A stretch of 64,000 bases of DNA. Source: Pseudomonadota bacterium (GTDB taxonomy: Bacteria > Bdellovibrionota > Bdellovibrionia > Bdellovibrionales > Bdellovibrionaceae). Position numbers and translations under genes: made by a program. Under the pieces are notes generated by a model. It was not told the DNA's origin and did not search any database. It was given only the letters and a program-made list of their open reading frames with translations. Where the stretch lies: positions 96,001 to 160,000 of the forward strand of contig JBEGVH010000040.1 in the NCBI GenBank assembly GCA_041178425.1, read 5' to 3'. This document shows positions 54,314-64,000 of this stretch, piece by piece (the stretch's first letter is position 1; the number at the start of each line of letters is the position of its first letter).

Positions 54314-55119
54314 TGAAGTACCGTGCTAAATTTAATAACGATCGGATAATGGTCTGAAGTCTTTATTGATTCTAAAATAGTTTTTGTCTGTATTTTTAAT
54401 CCTCTAAAAAAAACATGATCGAGCGGCATAAAGCGTTGGTCATTTTCGAATTCAACATGTTGGATATTCAGGCGAGTCATTTTTCGTAGTAAATAATTCA
54501 ATCGGCTCGAGTTCCAAGTGTTGAAGTCGCCAGCAAATAGGATTGGCCCCTTGTGCTCTTCGAGTTTTTGAAGGACTTGGTCGATGTGGCGGTAAAAAGA
54601 GGAATTGGTCACAAAGTTAATAGCATGAATATTAATAGCTAACAGATTTTCGGGTTGGTTCTCGAGATCAAATTCTGAAAAGAGAGCCATTTTGGGTGAG
54701 TTCGCTATGGGCTCTCGAACAGGACTTCTTAGCCATGTTGTTTTTAACGGAGTGGTGGAAGCGCCCGTGACCACACCTGTGGCGCGTCCTTGATAAAGAA
54801 AACTGGTTGCAAACGACCACAGAAAATCTGGCAGCTGCCCCGTGACTTCTTCGTAGTGCGGGACTTCGTGACCTTCTTGTAGGAGAATAAGGTCACTCTG
54901 GCTGGAGAGCCTATGAAAATCGTTCTGCCACGCTCGTCCATCCTGGGCCTTATGAATATTCCAAACGAGTATTTGAATTTCAGATGGGAGTGCCTTTCGT
55001 TTTGCATGGCCTTTTTGGATGAGGACCTTTTGATCCACGGGAATTTGGTTCTGAGCTTTACTGGCCGACGCTAATACAAGGAGAGAGCTACTTAAAAGAA
55101 ATTTGGTCATCTTGGTCAC
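54310..55119 (-). CDS. Exported endonuclease/exonuclease/phosphatase (EEP, YafD-like)
   Basis: VWNIHK, LLQE, NIHAINF, AGDFNTW, LDHVF, SDH. Confidence 0.9.
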   Translation of the reverse strand: MTKMTKFLLSSSLLVLASASKAQNQIPVDQKVLIQKGHAKRKALPSEIQILVWNIHKAQDGRAWQNDFHRLSSQSDLILLQEGHEVPHYEEVTGQLPDFLWSFATSFLYQGRATGVVTGASTTPLKTTWLRSPVREPIANSPKMALFSEFDLENQPENLLAINIHAINFVTNSSFYRHIDQVLQKLEEHKGPILFAGDFNTWNSSRLNYLLRKMTRLNIQHVEFENDQRFMPLDHVFFRGLKIQTKTILESIKTSDHYPIVIKFSTVLH

Positions 55120-55218
55120 GAATCAGCCTCCCTTATTGAGAATACGGCGTATCTACTCGCAAAGGAAGGTCCTGATCAAGGAATAATTCGAGGAACCTAA
55201 CATGAACCAATTCAAGAT

Positions 55219-56550
55219 TTAAAGGTCTTCACAGTCCTTAGGATCGAAGACATAAGGCTTATTGAGGTCACGAAGGCTCAAATCTAATTTAAGAGCTCCT
55301 GAACGACAGTTCTTTTGGAGAATGCGTTTTGCTGCAAGCGCATTATTTATGAGCCCCTTGTCGGTATCAAATAAATCCTGTTTGGTTAGGAGAAGCTCTT
55401 TTTGCAGAAACTGTGCGGTTTCTGGCTGGCGAATCTCATTCGCCCAGACCATCAAAGTTTTATAGGTTTTAGGCGTCATGTGGCGAATTTTTTCTAAAAC
55501 ACCAAAGGCTTTAAATCTATTTTCTTTTGCGATACCACAATCATTATCCTTTAAAATCATTTGTTTAATAGGATTTGATCCTGAAAAAGGCTCACGCTCA
55601 ACCCTTACGTTGTTGTTTTCGATGCTATAGTAATACTCAAGGTAATGGATATTGCCAATGCGATCCTGCTGATTCAAGAGGTAATCAAAAAGAACCATAT
55701 TTGAGATATCTTGCATTTGTACAATATTTTGAATTTTCTCGTGGAGAGACAATCCTTCGTTCAATTGATCAATCGATTGAGAGGAGGCCACCTTCAAAAA
55801 GGGCGGCTGTTGCTGAAATCGAAGCTCCCGAGTGTCGTAATCCCCGCGGCCATTCACTTCGCTATAATATTGCTCCCCATTAGTGTTAAATAGAATCGCA
55901 CCATAAATATACTTTTGGTCTTCGGTGAAGAGACGTGGGTATTTGGCAGGACTCTGGTGTGCTTTTGCATATTGCTTCCAAGTTTGGTGAATGAGTTCTT
56001 GATTGAGAGGGCCAAAATACGAAAGAGCTTCTTCGGTCCATCGATAGTGGGCCTCTTTATCGACGGTTCTAAGCACCGACACAGGAATATTAAGTATACC
56101 GCCAAATCGTCGCGACAAATGATAGTACATAAGTATGGAGGGAGTGTAGGAGCAAGAGATGCTCTGTTTGTATTTAGCAATGAGAGTAAGGCGCTCGTCT
56201 TTTTTTTGGCAATTCACCGAAAATGAAGGAAATTGTAAATTGGATTTGTCGACCAAGAGATTGATACCAGGGTTGGTGCTACTGATTTTTGGGCAAACGG
56301 CCACGCGCTTGGTATTCGAAGTGAGGCCATAAAGATCAAAGCGGCATAATTGCTGTTCCGACTGTAGATCGGCCTCTGAAAATTGACTATTGGGAAGCTT
56401 ATGGGCCCGAACGCAGATTTCTTTTTTCTGATGGGGAGAGGAGAATGAAACAATTTCTTCGCCGAGGCTGTCCTCACTATTGTAGGCGAGAGCTTTGGTT
56501 GCCGCGGTATTAATAGAAAACACAGAGACTAGCGCAAGTAGCAAGTTCAT
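55219..56550 (-). CDS. Secreted protein with atypical kinase-like motifs
   Basis: ATG 56550 (SD GAGGTG); signal peptide; YHLSRRFG...IPVSVLR, FDYLLNQQDRIGN, LKDNDCG. Confidence 0.65.
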   Translation of the reverse strand: MNLLLALVSVFSINTAATKALAYNSEDSLGEEIVSFSSPHQKKEICVRAHKLPNSQFSEADLQSEQQLCRFDLYGLTSNTKRVAVCPKISSTNPGINLLVDKSNLQFPSFSVNCQKKDERLTLIAKYKQSISCSYTPSILMYYHLSRRFGGILNIPVSVLRTVDKEAHYRWTEEALSYFGPLNQELIHQTWKQYAKAHQSPAKYPRLFTEDQKYIYGAILFNTNGEQYYSEVNGRGDYDTRELRFQQQPPFLKVASSQSIDQLNEGLSLHEKIQNIVQMQDISNMVLFDYLLNQQDRIGNIHYLEYYYSIENNNVRVEREPFSGSNPIKQMILKDNDCGIAKENRFKAFGVLEKIRHMTPKTYKTLMVWANEIRQPETAQFLQKELLLTKQDLFDTDKGLINNALAAKRILQKNCRSGALKLDLSLRDLNKPYVFDPKDCEDL

Positions 56551-56677
56551 ATTCACCTCGTTGCTGAAATCAACAGAGATTGTTTTGAAGCCTCTTGGTT
56601 TAGTTGGGGAGATTTATTTATAAATAAGAAGTTTTTACCTGTTTTTGCAAAAATTGTTACCCGTTTAAACGGATGAT

Positions 56678-56721
56678 AAAACCCAATGTAAAAACCCAAG
56701 GAAAAGCCCATTGGGTTTTTT
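56678..56721 (-). terminator. Inverted repeat after purA (terminator-like) with a duplicated arm
   Basis: CATTGGGTTTTTT can pair with AAAACCCAATG (56678-56688) or AAAAACCCAA (56690-56699). Confidence 0.55.
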
Positions 56722-56729
56722 AAATTTCG

Positions 56730-58037
<1,308 letters not shown>

Positions 58038-58186
58038 TTAAAAGACGGATCCTGTTGAAAATACATTACAAACTCTCTTATGAGCCTCCGCTTTTCAAGA
58101 TTCATTGCTCTGTGCGACTAAAAAAATAGTTGTCAGAGACACGGACAAGGCAAAAGGTGCGTCTAAAAAAGCACACTTCCATCTTA

Positions 58187-59161
58187 TTAGAGACTGTTCC
58201 CAGGTCTATACCAAGCTACTTTTGGTGGCAGTTCATCCCCCAAATCTTGGTTTTCAAGAAAACGTGGCAGCTTGAGGTAGGCTTCTTGGCTGGCCTTTTC
58301 AAAAGCTTCTCGGGTGGAGGCTCCCACGTGTGGAGTGGTGACTACATTTTGAAATTGGAGCAATTTAGAGTCTCGGGCAAGGGGTTCGTACTCAAAGACA
58401 TCGAGCCCGACGGCTCCGATTTTATTTGCCTGAAGCAATTGAACAAGAGCCTTTTCGTGAACCACCGGACCGCGACAGGTGTTCAGGAGAATGGCATGGG
58501 GAGAAAGTGAGGCCAAAAACATTTCACCGAGCATATGCCATGTTTCTTTCGTTAATGGAACGTGGAGGCTCACGACATCAGCCTGGGTGAGCAGCTCTTC
58601 GAGGCTGACTCGTTCAATATTTTGATTGAAGCTCTCGTCTTCTTGATAGGGGTCGAACGCCATGATCTTCATTCCAAAAGCTTGAGCAATGCGCGCCACG
58701 TGGCTGCCAACTCGCCCTAGCCCGACCACTCCAAAGGTTTTTCCCTGAAGCTCGATGCCAAGAATTTTATTGCGATCCCAGTCACCCCGCTGAACGGCCT
58801 TTTGGGCCTCAATAAGGCGTCGGGTGCAAGCGAGAAGAAGGGCCCAGGTGAGTTCAGCGGTGCTGGCCGTGTGGCTTGAAGGGCAGTGACTCAAAAGGAT
58901 ATTTCGCTGGCAGCACAATTCAATGTCAATGTGGTTAAAGCCGGCAGTGGCGGTGATGATGACTTTTAACCTTGGAAAAAGTTCGAGAAACTTTTGATCC
59001 ACTTTAGTTTGAGACCGAATGATAAGGGCCTCAATGTCTTGCCATGTTTCTTTTGGTTTTTGAAACCATTGCATGTCATGGACAATGTGAAAACGAGAAT
59101 CGGTTTGCATCTGCACCAAAGAGGTCAGGGCAAAGCGCTCCGTGATTAAGACTTTAACCAT
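58187..59161 (-). CDS. D-2-hydroxyacid dehydrogenase, SerA-like, without ACT domain
   Basis: GLGRVG, SLHVPLT, LNTCRG, LDVFEYEP, TPHVGAST. Confidence 0.85.
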   Translation of the reverse strand: MVKVLITERFALTSLVQMQTDSRFHIVHDMQWFQKPKETWQDIEALIIRSQTKVDQKFLELFPRLKVIITATAGFNHIDIELCCQRNILLSHCPSSHTASTAELTWALLLACTRRLIEAQKAVQRGDWDRNKILGIELQGKTFGVVGLGRVGSHVARIAQAFGMKIMAFDPYQEDESFNQNIERVSLEELLTQADVVSLHVPLTKETWHMLGEMFLASLSPHAILLNTCRGPVVHEKALVQLLQANKIGAVGLDVFEYEPLARDSKLLQFQNVVTTPHVGASTREAFEKASQEAYLKLPRFLENQDLGDELPPKVAWYRPGNSL

Positions 59162-60276
59162 GCTTGCATCTCGCTTTCAGAAACGGGTTTAAACTGAATG
59201 TGGTTTTGATCGAGTGCGGCCTGTAAATCAAGCATCAAACGAATCTGGTCGCTGGGTTCGATATAGCCCATGTGACCAATTCGAAGAATTTTTCCTTTGA
59301 GTTGATCTTGGCCACCCATGATGGTGATATTAAATTCCTTCTCGAGGGTGGTGCGAACCTTTTGGCTATCTGAGCCCTCAGGAAGATAAAAGGCAGTGAT
59401 GGAATCGGCTGGTGCTTGAGCTAGAAGTTTGAATCCCATTTGCGTAATGAAATGACGAGTGAACTCCGCTCTTTTTCGAATTTCTGCAAAATGCTGGGAG
59501 AGGCCCTTTTGCAGAATTATTTCAAGAACGACATCGAGCGCTTTGACGAGACTCACGTTGGAACTGAACCAAGACTCTCCTCGGCGGTTGGCTTTGTCCT
59601 CTTCGCGAATGTCCATGTAGTATCGTGGGGTCGTGACGTGCGGAATTGTTTTCCATGCTTTTTCTGAAAAGCTCAAAAAACTCATGCCGGTTGGTAGCAT
59701 GAACGCTTTTTGGGAGCCCGCAACCAAGCCATCGATATGCCATTCATCCATGGGCACAGGAAACGCCCCGACGGCGGTGATGCCATCAACCAAAAAAAGA
59801 ATGTCGGGATAATTTTTGATAATTTCACCGAGGCTTTTGAGTGGGTGTTTAACAGCGGTGCTCGTCTCGCAGGCTTGGCAGAAAACGGCACGAAGAGGGT
59901 ATTTCTCGAGGTAGGGAACGATCTGCTCCGGAGTCACCGCCTCGCCCCAAGGAACTTTTAGCTCGTGAACCTTAAGTTGAAAGGCCTTGCCCATTTCGAC
60001 CCAGCGCTCGCCAAATTTTCCAGAGTTGATAATAAGAACTTCATCACCCGGATTGCATGTGTTCACCATGAGACACTCCATTCCTCCGGAGCCCGTGGTG
60101 GTGAGCATATATACCCGTTGCGTCGTTCCAAAAATGCTTGGTAATCTCTCTAAGACCTTCTTGAAGGTTAGATCAAAGAGTGGCGTGCGGTGGTGAATCA
60201 TTGGTTCGCTGAGAATTTCTCGCACTTTAGGGTGAAGATTGACGGGGCCTGGTGCTAATAATAAATAGGGTTTCAT
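59146..60276 (-). CDS. Class V PLP aminotransferase (serine-pyruvate/alanine-glyoxylate family)
   Basis: APGP, CETST, VDGIT, GSQKAFMLPTG, RIGHMG. Confidence 0.9.
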   Translation of the reverse strand: MKPYLLLAPGPVNLHPKVREILSEPMIHHRTPLFDLTFKKVLERLPSIFGTTQRVYMLTTTGSGGMECLMVNTCNPGDEVLIINSGKFGERWVEMGKAFQLKVHELKVPWGEAVTPEQIVPYLEKYPLRAVFCQACETSTAVKHPLKSLGEIIKNYPDILFLVDGITAVGAFPVPMDEWHIDGLVAGSQKAFMLPTGMSFLSFSEKAWKTIPHVTTPRYYMDIREEDKANRRGESWFSSNVSLVKALDVVLEIILQKGLSQHFAEIRKRAEFTRHFITQMGFKLLAQAPADSITAFYLPEGSDSQKVRTTLEKEFNITIMGGQDQLKGKILRIGHMGYIEPSDQIRLMLDLQAALDQNHIQFKPVSESEMQAWLKS

Positions 60277-60334
60277 AACTCGCAGCTCTTGTTATAGTGT
60301 TTTGTGAGCAGTTTCTTCAATTTATGAAACAAGT

Positions 60335-60892
60335 TTGAGGGGTTTGCCAGTGAAAGCTTGGATTTTGCTTATTTTCTTTTGTGCATCGTGTGCCTATCGG
60401 CAGGGTGCCCCTGAGCGAACTATTCCTGGAGGCTATCGACAAGTTCGTGTGCCTATGTTCAAAAACTTAAGCCAAGAAGTCGGCATCGAGACCTCATTCA
60501 CTAACGCAGTGATCGATCAATTAGCGCAATCTCGGGTAGCGCAATTAAGTCCGGAGGCGGAGGTCGATGTGAGTGGAACCATAGAAAGTGTTCAGTATTA
60601 TCCTTCTGGAAACGTCCAAATCGGTAAAATTGGAAATGATCAAGTTGTTCGCGCCACTGATTATCGAGTTGTTATCGTTATGGAGATGTCGGTAAAAAAA
60701 AGAAGTGATGATCAGACCCTATGGACAGGAAAATTCACGGGGCAAAGGACTTTTTCGGCCGCTCAAATTTCTGCTCCTGTGGTTAATAGCGCAAACCCGC
60801 TTTACAATTTGTCTGCACGTCGTAGAAATATCGGGGAGCTAGCCATCGACATGGCGGCTCAAGCGACCGATAAAATGACTGAAAATTTTTAG
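60335..60892 (+). CDS. lptE: LptE-family lipoprotein
   Basis: Lipobox CASCAY; VPMFKN; conserved position upstream of holA. Confidence 0.72.
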   Translation: MRGLPVKAWILLIFFCASCAYRQGAPERTIPGGYRQVRVPMFKNLSQEVGIETSFTNAVIDQLAQSRVAQLSPEAEVDVSGTIESVQYYPSGNVQIGKIGNDQVVRATDYRVVIVMEMSVKKRSDDQTLWTGKFTGQRTFSAAQISAPVVNSANPLYNLSARRRNIGELAIDMAAQATDKMTENF

Positions 60893-60900
60893 GGAACACG

Positions 60901-61899
60901 ATGGCAACGATCGATATTCAACAGGCAATGCGAGCCATTGGTCAAAAACAGATCGACCCCCTCTATCTTTTGATCGGAGAAGAAAGATATTTTTCTGAGA
61001 GATGTTTGGCGCAGCTTCGTCATACTTTGGTGAGTGAAGATCTGCGGGAGTTCAACGAGGACCTTTTTTATGCCTCCGATGTAAATATTGAAAAAGTTAT
61101 CGACTCTCTCCAGACTTTTCCGGTGATGGCCGAGAAAAGATTGGTCATTTTAAAAGAAGCCCATTTATTGACTGAGAAATCATGGGCCCAATTGGATGAG
61201 ATCAAAGAGTTGAATAAGGATACAACTGTTTTTGTGATTTTGGCTCATCAACTCGATAAGCGTAAGAAATCTATCAAAAAGTGGGTCGACTGGGGGACTG
61301 TCATCGACTGTGTTACGCCTCAAGAGGCCTCTCGTTCAGGATGGATTCGATCCATGGCCAAAGAAAAGGGTTTAGAGCTTGATAATGAATCTCTCGGGTA
61401 TATGGTTCAGATGGGAGCCAATACGTTAGAGGAACTTGATCGTGACTTAGATAAACTGTTTTTGTTTTTTGGCGAACCACGAAAGATCACTATTGGTGAT
61501 GTGGCTCGAGTGCTTGAGCGATCAAGAGAAGAGAGCATTTTTTCATTGGCGGAGGCCGTCGCTAAAAAGGATCGACCGCAAGCCCTTTTTCTCTTTCACC
61601 GATTACATGCTCAAGGTGAGAGCGAAATAGCTTTGGTCGCATTAATTGCTCGCCACCTTCGAATTTTACTCAAGTTAAAAGAAGCCCAGTCTTTGGGCTT
61701 AAAGGGACCTTCGCTCGCGCAAAAAGTGGGGGTTAATAATTACTTTTTATCTAATTATGTACAGCAAAGTTCTCTATGGACGGAAAAATCTCTGGCCGCT
61801 GCCCTCATGTCGTTGGCGGATATCGATCGTCAACTCAAGTCTTCGTCTTTGGCTCCGGATTTGTGGCTAGAGCAGTTTTTGCTTTTCGTGGCTCGTTAA
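60901..61899 (+). CDS. holA: DNA polymerase III delta subunit
   Basis: LYLLIGEE, FPVMAEKRLVI, DLDKL, IFSLAEA, D.QLKSS; lptE-holA-rpsT context. Confidence 0.92.
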   Translation: MATIDIQQAMRAIGQKQIDPLYLLIGEERYFSERCLAQLRHTLVSEDLREFNEDLFYASDVNIEKVIDSLQTFPVMAEKRLVILKEAHLLTEKSWAQLDEIKELNKDTTVFVILAHQLDKRKKSIKKWVDWGTVIDCVTPQEASRSGWIRSMAKEKGLELDNESLGYMVQMGANTLEELDRDLDKLFLFFGEPRKITIGDVARVLERSREESIFSLAEAVAKKDRPQALFLFHRLHAQGESEIALVALIARHLRILLKLKEAQSLGLKGPSLAQKVGVNNYFLSNYVQQSSLWTEKSLAAALMSLADIDRQLKSSSLAPDLWLEQFLLFVAR

Positions 61900-61915
61900 T
61901 CAATCTATGAGTTTT

Positions 61916-62275
61916 TTAAACAAAGGGTTCGTTGTTCGTTCGAGCCGAAATAAAAGCTCGTATTCGTCGCTTATCTCCAATGGGGAGAGGCAGAAATTGG
62001 ATGCCAAGTAAAATGGGATGAGGGCCTTCATTGGATTTTTTGCTATTTCTAATCTCTCCACGGAGAGAAATCATTTCGTCGCCAGGGATTTTAAAGGTCA
62101 CGACCACACCGGATTCGATTGGCAGAGAGCTTGGCCAAAAGAACGACATGCCTCCTTCGCCGAGAGAGCGTGCCTGAGTCACCATATACTGGCCCCGATA
62201 GAGCACGCCGACCGTACCCGTAAACAGGCGGCGAGGGTACTTTCGCTTAAAGGTTGCCGATTCTGCTGCGCTCAT
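61916..62275 (-). CDS. Stand-alone PilZ-domain protein
   Basis: RKYPR (RxxxR), SLGEGG, GEIRN, GIQF. Confidence 0.85.
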   Translation of the reverse strand: MSAAESATFKRKYPRRLFTGTVGVLYRGQYMVTQARSLGEGGMSFFWPSSLPIESGVVVTFKIPGDEMISLRGEIRNSKKSNEGPHPILLGIQFLPLPIGDKRRIRAFISARTNNEPFV

Positions 62276-62281
62276 ACTTCC

Positions 62282-62308
62282 CTATCGGCAGAAGGCCACC
62301 TTTAATTA
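62282..62308 (-). promoter_or_regulatory. sigma28 (FliA)-like promoter
   Basis: Minus strand TAAT-15 bp-GCCGATAG, 6 nt before the PilZ ATG. Confidence 0.6.
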
Positions 62309-62331
62309 AGTCCCAGAATTAAAGACCAAGG

Positions 62332-62363
62332 TGGGTCCTTTGGGGACTGGGTCCTTTGGGGAC
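62332..62363. repeat. Perfect tandem 16-bp repeat, two copies
   Basis: TGGGTCCTTTGGGGAC at 62332-62347 and 62348-62363. Confidence 0.85.
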
Positions 62364-62502
62364 GGAGCTTAATCGATTAGCAATCGAGTGAGGATTGACT
62401 TAGTTTTCTCTATGTACATGAAATAACAGGATTAAATTAACTTTTGAGGAGAAGTTTTAAAGGCGCTGAGTGTTTGAGGGCGAAGAGTGCAGGATTCAAA
62501 AT

Positions 62503-62540
62503 AAAAAAAGCACACCGACAATGCCTGGTGTGCTTTTTTT
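62503..62540. terminator. Intrinsic terminator downstream of rpsT (symmetric)
   Basis: AAAAAAA-GCACACC...GGTGTGC-TTTTTTT. Confidence 0.88.
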
Positions 62541-62568
62541 GAAGTCTAAAAATCTTTTACGCAGACTC

Positions 62569-62835
62569 TTACTTCTCGAGTTGAGAAATCTTAGCGGCAA
62601 TACGAGATTTTTTACGATCAGCGTGGTTCTTAGAAACAACGTTTTTTTTCGCAGCGCGATCGAGGAAGCTAACGAAAGCCTTGTAAAGTTCTTTAGCTTT
62701 AGAAAGATCCTTGAGGCCAAGAGCGCTAACAAGCTTTTTTTCAATCGTTTTTACACGGCCTTTACGAGCTGTGTTTACAGCGTTACGGCGAACTGACTGA
62801 CGAGCTCTTTTTTCTGCTGACTTATGATTTGCCAA
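62569..62835 (-). CDS. rpsT: 30S ribosomal protein S20
   Basis: MANHKSAEKRARQ...N.A.RKKSR; TTG start with SD GGAGG. Confidence 0.97.
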   Translation of the reverse strand: MANHKSAEKRARQSVRRNAVNTARKGRVKTIEKKLVSALGLKDLSKAKELYKAFVSFLDRAAKKNVVSKNHADRKKSRIAAKISQLEK

Positions 62836-62933
62836 GGTAAAACCTCCGGAATAGCCTTAAATAATAAAATTTGTTCACAAACGAAGCATAGGGGATAACA
62901 CAGGCCTCCTTAGACTGCAACAAAAAGGTTATT

Positions 62934-64000
62934 ATGAATCAGCAAAGTATTGAAGTTACACACCAAGAGGCCAAAAAAAATGTCGTAATTCACGCTCTTA
63001 GCATGGCCTTGGGAACCCTTTCTAGTCGCGTTTTAGGGCTCGTTCGGGACATGGCTTTTGCCGCTCTTTTTCCAAGGGCGGTAACTGATGCATGGACCGC
63101 CGCATTTCGGCTACCAAATCTCTTTCGACGCCTTTTAGGGGAGGGGTCGCTCTCCATTAGCTTTATTCCTGTGTTTGTTGAGGCAAAATTGGGGGATGAT
63201 CAAAGTCACACTCATCAGGCCTCTAATCTTGTGAATGGCTTTTATACCTGCCTGTTATTGGTTCTTACTTTGTTGACGGCCGGTGGTATCATTGCTGCGG
63301 AGGCTGTTCTCAAGGGGCTCTTAGATCCTGCCTATGTTGCTAATACCGAACAGTTTTTGCTCACGGTTCGAATGGCCAGGATTATGTTCGGATTCATTTT
63401 TCTGATGAGTCACTTTGCCTATTTTATGGGTATTCTCAATGCTCTGGGTGAGTATTCCTTACCCGCGATGGCTCCTGTTTTTTTTAATGTCGCAATGATT
63501 GCGTCCACAGTGGTTCCTGCCGATTGGTTCACGAGTCCCGGCGATGGTTTAGCCTGGGGTGTTTTGCTTGGTGGAGTGTGGCAGACGGGTGTTTTGGTGC
63601 CTGCTCTCATAAAGAAAGGCTATTTGCCTCGACCTACCTTGAATTGGAATGTGCCAGGGGTGATGCGGGTTTTTAAGAGTATGGCGCCAGGGCTGATTGG
63701 GACCGGGTTATTGCAGATCACTACCTTAATAAATCTTCGTTTTGCCAGCCGACTTGGAGAAGGATCAATTTCTTATATCTATTGGGCGGATCGGCTCTTG
63801 GAGCTTCCGCTGTCTTTGGTGGCTGTGAGTTTAGGGACCGCACTTTTGCCCACCCTTTCAAAAATGTGGTCCGAAGGTCACAGATCAAAGCTATTAGAAA
63901 CGTCACAGCACTATCTGCGCCTCAATTTGTTTGTTTGTTTGCCGGCAGCGGCGGGCCTTTATTTTCTCTCAGAGCCGATCGTCGAAGTGCTCTTTAGAAG
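62934..64000 (+). CDS. murJ: Lipid II flippase MurJ (partial, runs off the window)
   Basis: Not in the ORF track; manual translation MNQQ...SRVLGLVRD...AFRLPNLFRRLLGEGSL...YWADRLLELP. Confidence 0.95.
   Translation, partial: MNQQSIEVTHQEAKKNVVIHALSMALGTLSSRVLGLVRDMAFAALFPRAVTDAWTAAFRLPNLFRRLLGEGSLSISFIPVFVEAKLGDDQSHTHQASNLVNGFYTCLLLVLTLLTAGGIIAAEAVLKGLLDPAYVANTEQFLLTVRMARIMFGFIFLMSHFAYFMGILNALGEYSLPAMAPVFFNVAMIASTVVPADWFTSPGDGLAWGVLLGGVWQTGVLVPALIKKGYLPRPTLNWNVPGVMRVFKSMAPGLIGTGLLQITTLINLRFASRLGEGSISYIYWADRLLELPLSLVAVSLGTALLPTLSKMWSEGHRSKLLETSQHYLRLNLFVCLPAAAGLYFLSEPIVEVLFR

Noticed and set aside
58130..58510. 126 aa plus-strand ORF
   Set aside because: Mostly antisense to the SerA-like gene; no SD or recognisable motif.
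62332..62363. Possible CRISPR remnant
   Set aside because: Only two 16-bp units, no spacer, and no cas genes in the window.
62470..62796. ORFs 62470-62796 (+) and 62496-62744 (-)
   Set aside because: Shadow or alternative frames over rpsT and its terminator.
63419..63997. Three short ORFs near the window end
   Set aside because: They lie within murJ, which is open from 62934 to the edge.

Overview
A gene-dense 64 kb chromosomal window, most likely from a Bdellovibrionota (Bdellovibrio-like) bacterium. This taxonomy is inferred from gene content: an FQNC-type lipoprotein, an Agl/Glt-like motor, several PilZ proteins and many secreted orphan proteins. Housekeeping genes include mutL-miaA, scoA/scoB with a thiolase, miaB, purA, a serA-like dehydrogenase with a class V aminotransferase, lptE-holA, rpsT and a partial murJ that the ORF track missed. 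Five modules stand out. (1) A candidate trans-envelope electron-transfer operon: beta-barrel, His-containing 4-TM protein, flavinylated FMN-binding protein, c-type cytochrome lipoprotein and ApbE, followed by a convergent duplicated diheme cytochrome and preceded by a perfect 22-bp palindrome. (2) A compact AglRQS/GltD-like motor operon headed by a MIDAS lipoprotein and a GYF-PilZ protein, in which one ExbD subunit lacks the channel Asp. (3) A membrane-anchored subtilase with a cytoplasmic PilZ domain. (4) A secreted protein with atypical (Fam20/PI4K-like) kinase motifs. (5) A PP2C/kinase/STAS partner-switch divergent from a FecR-FN3 rod protein and two paralogous outer-membrane proteins. No rRNA, tRNA, CRISPR array or mobile element was recognised. 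All family calls come from motif reading by eye, not from database searches.
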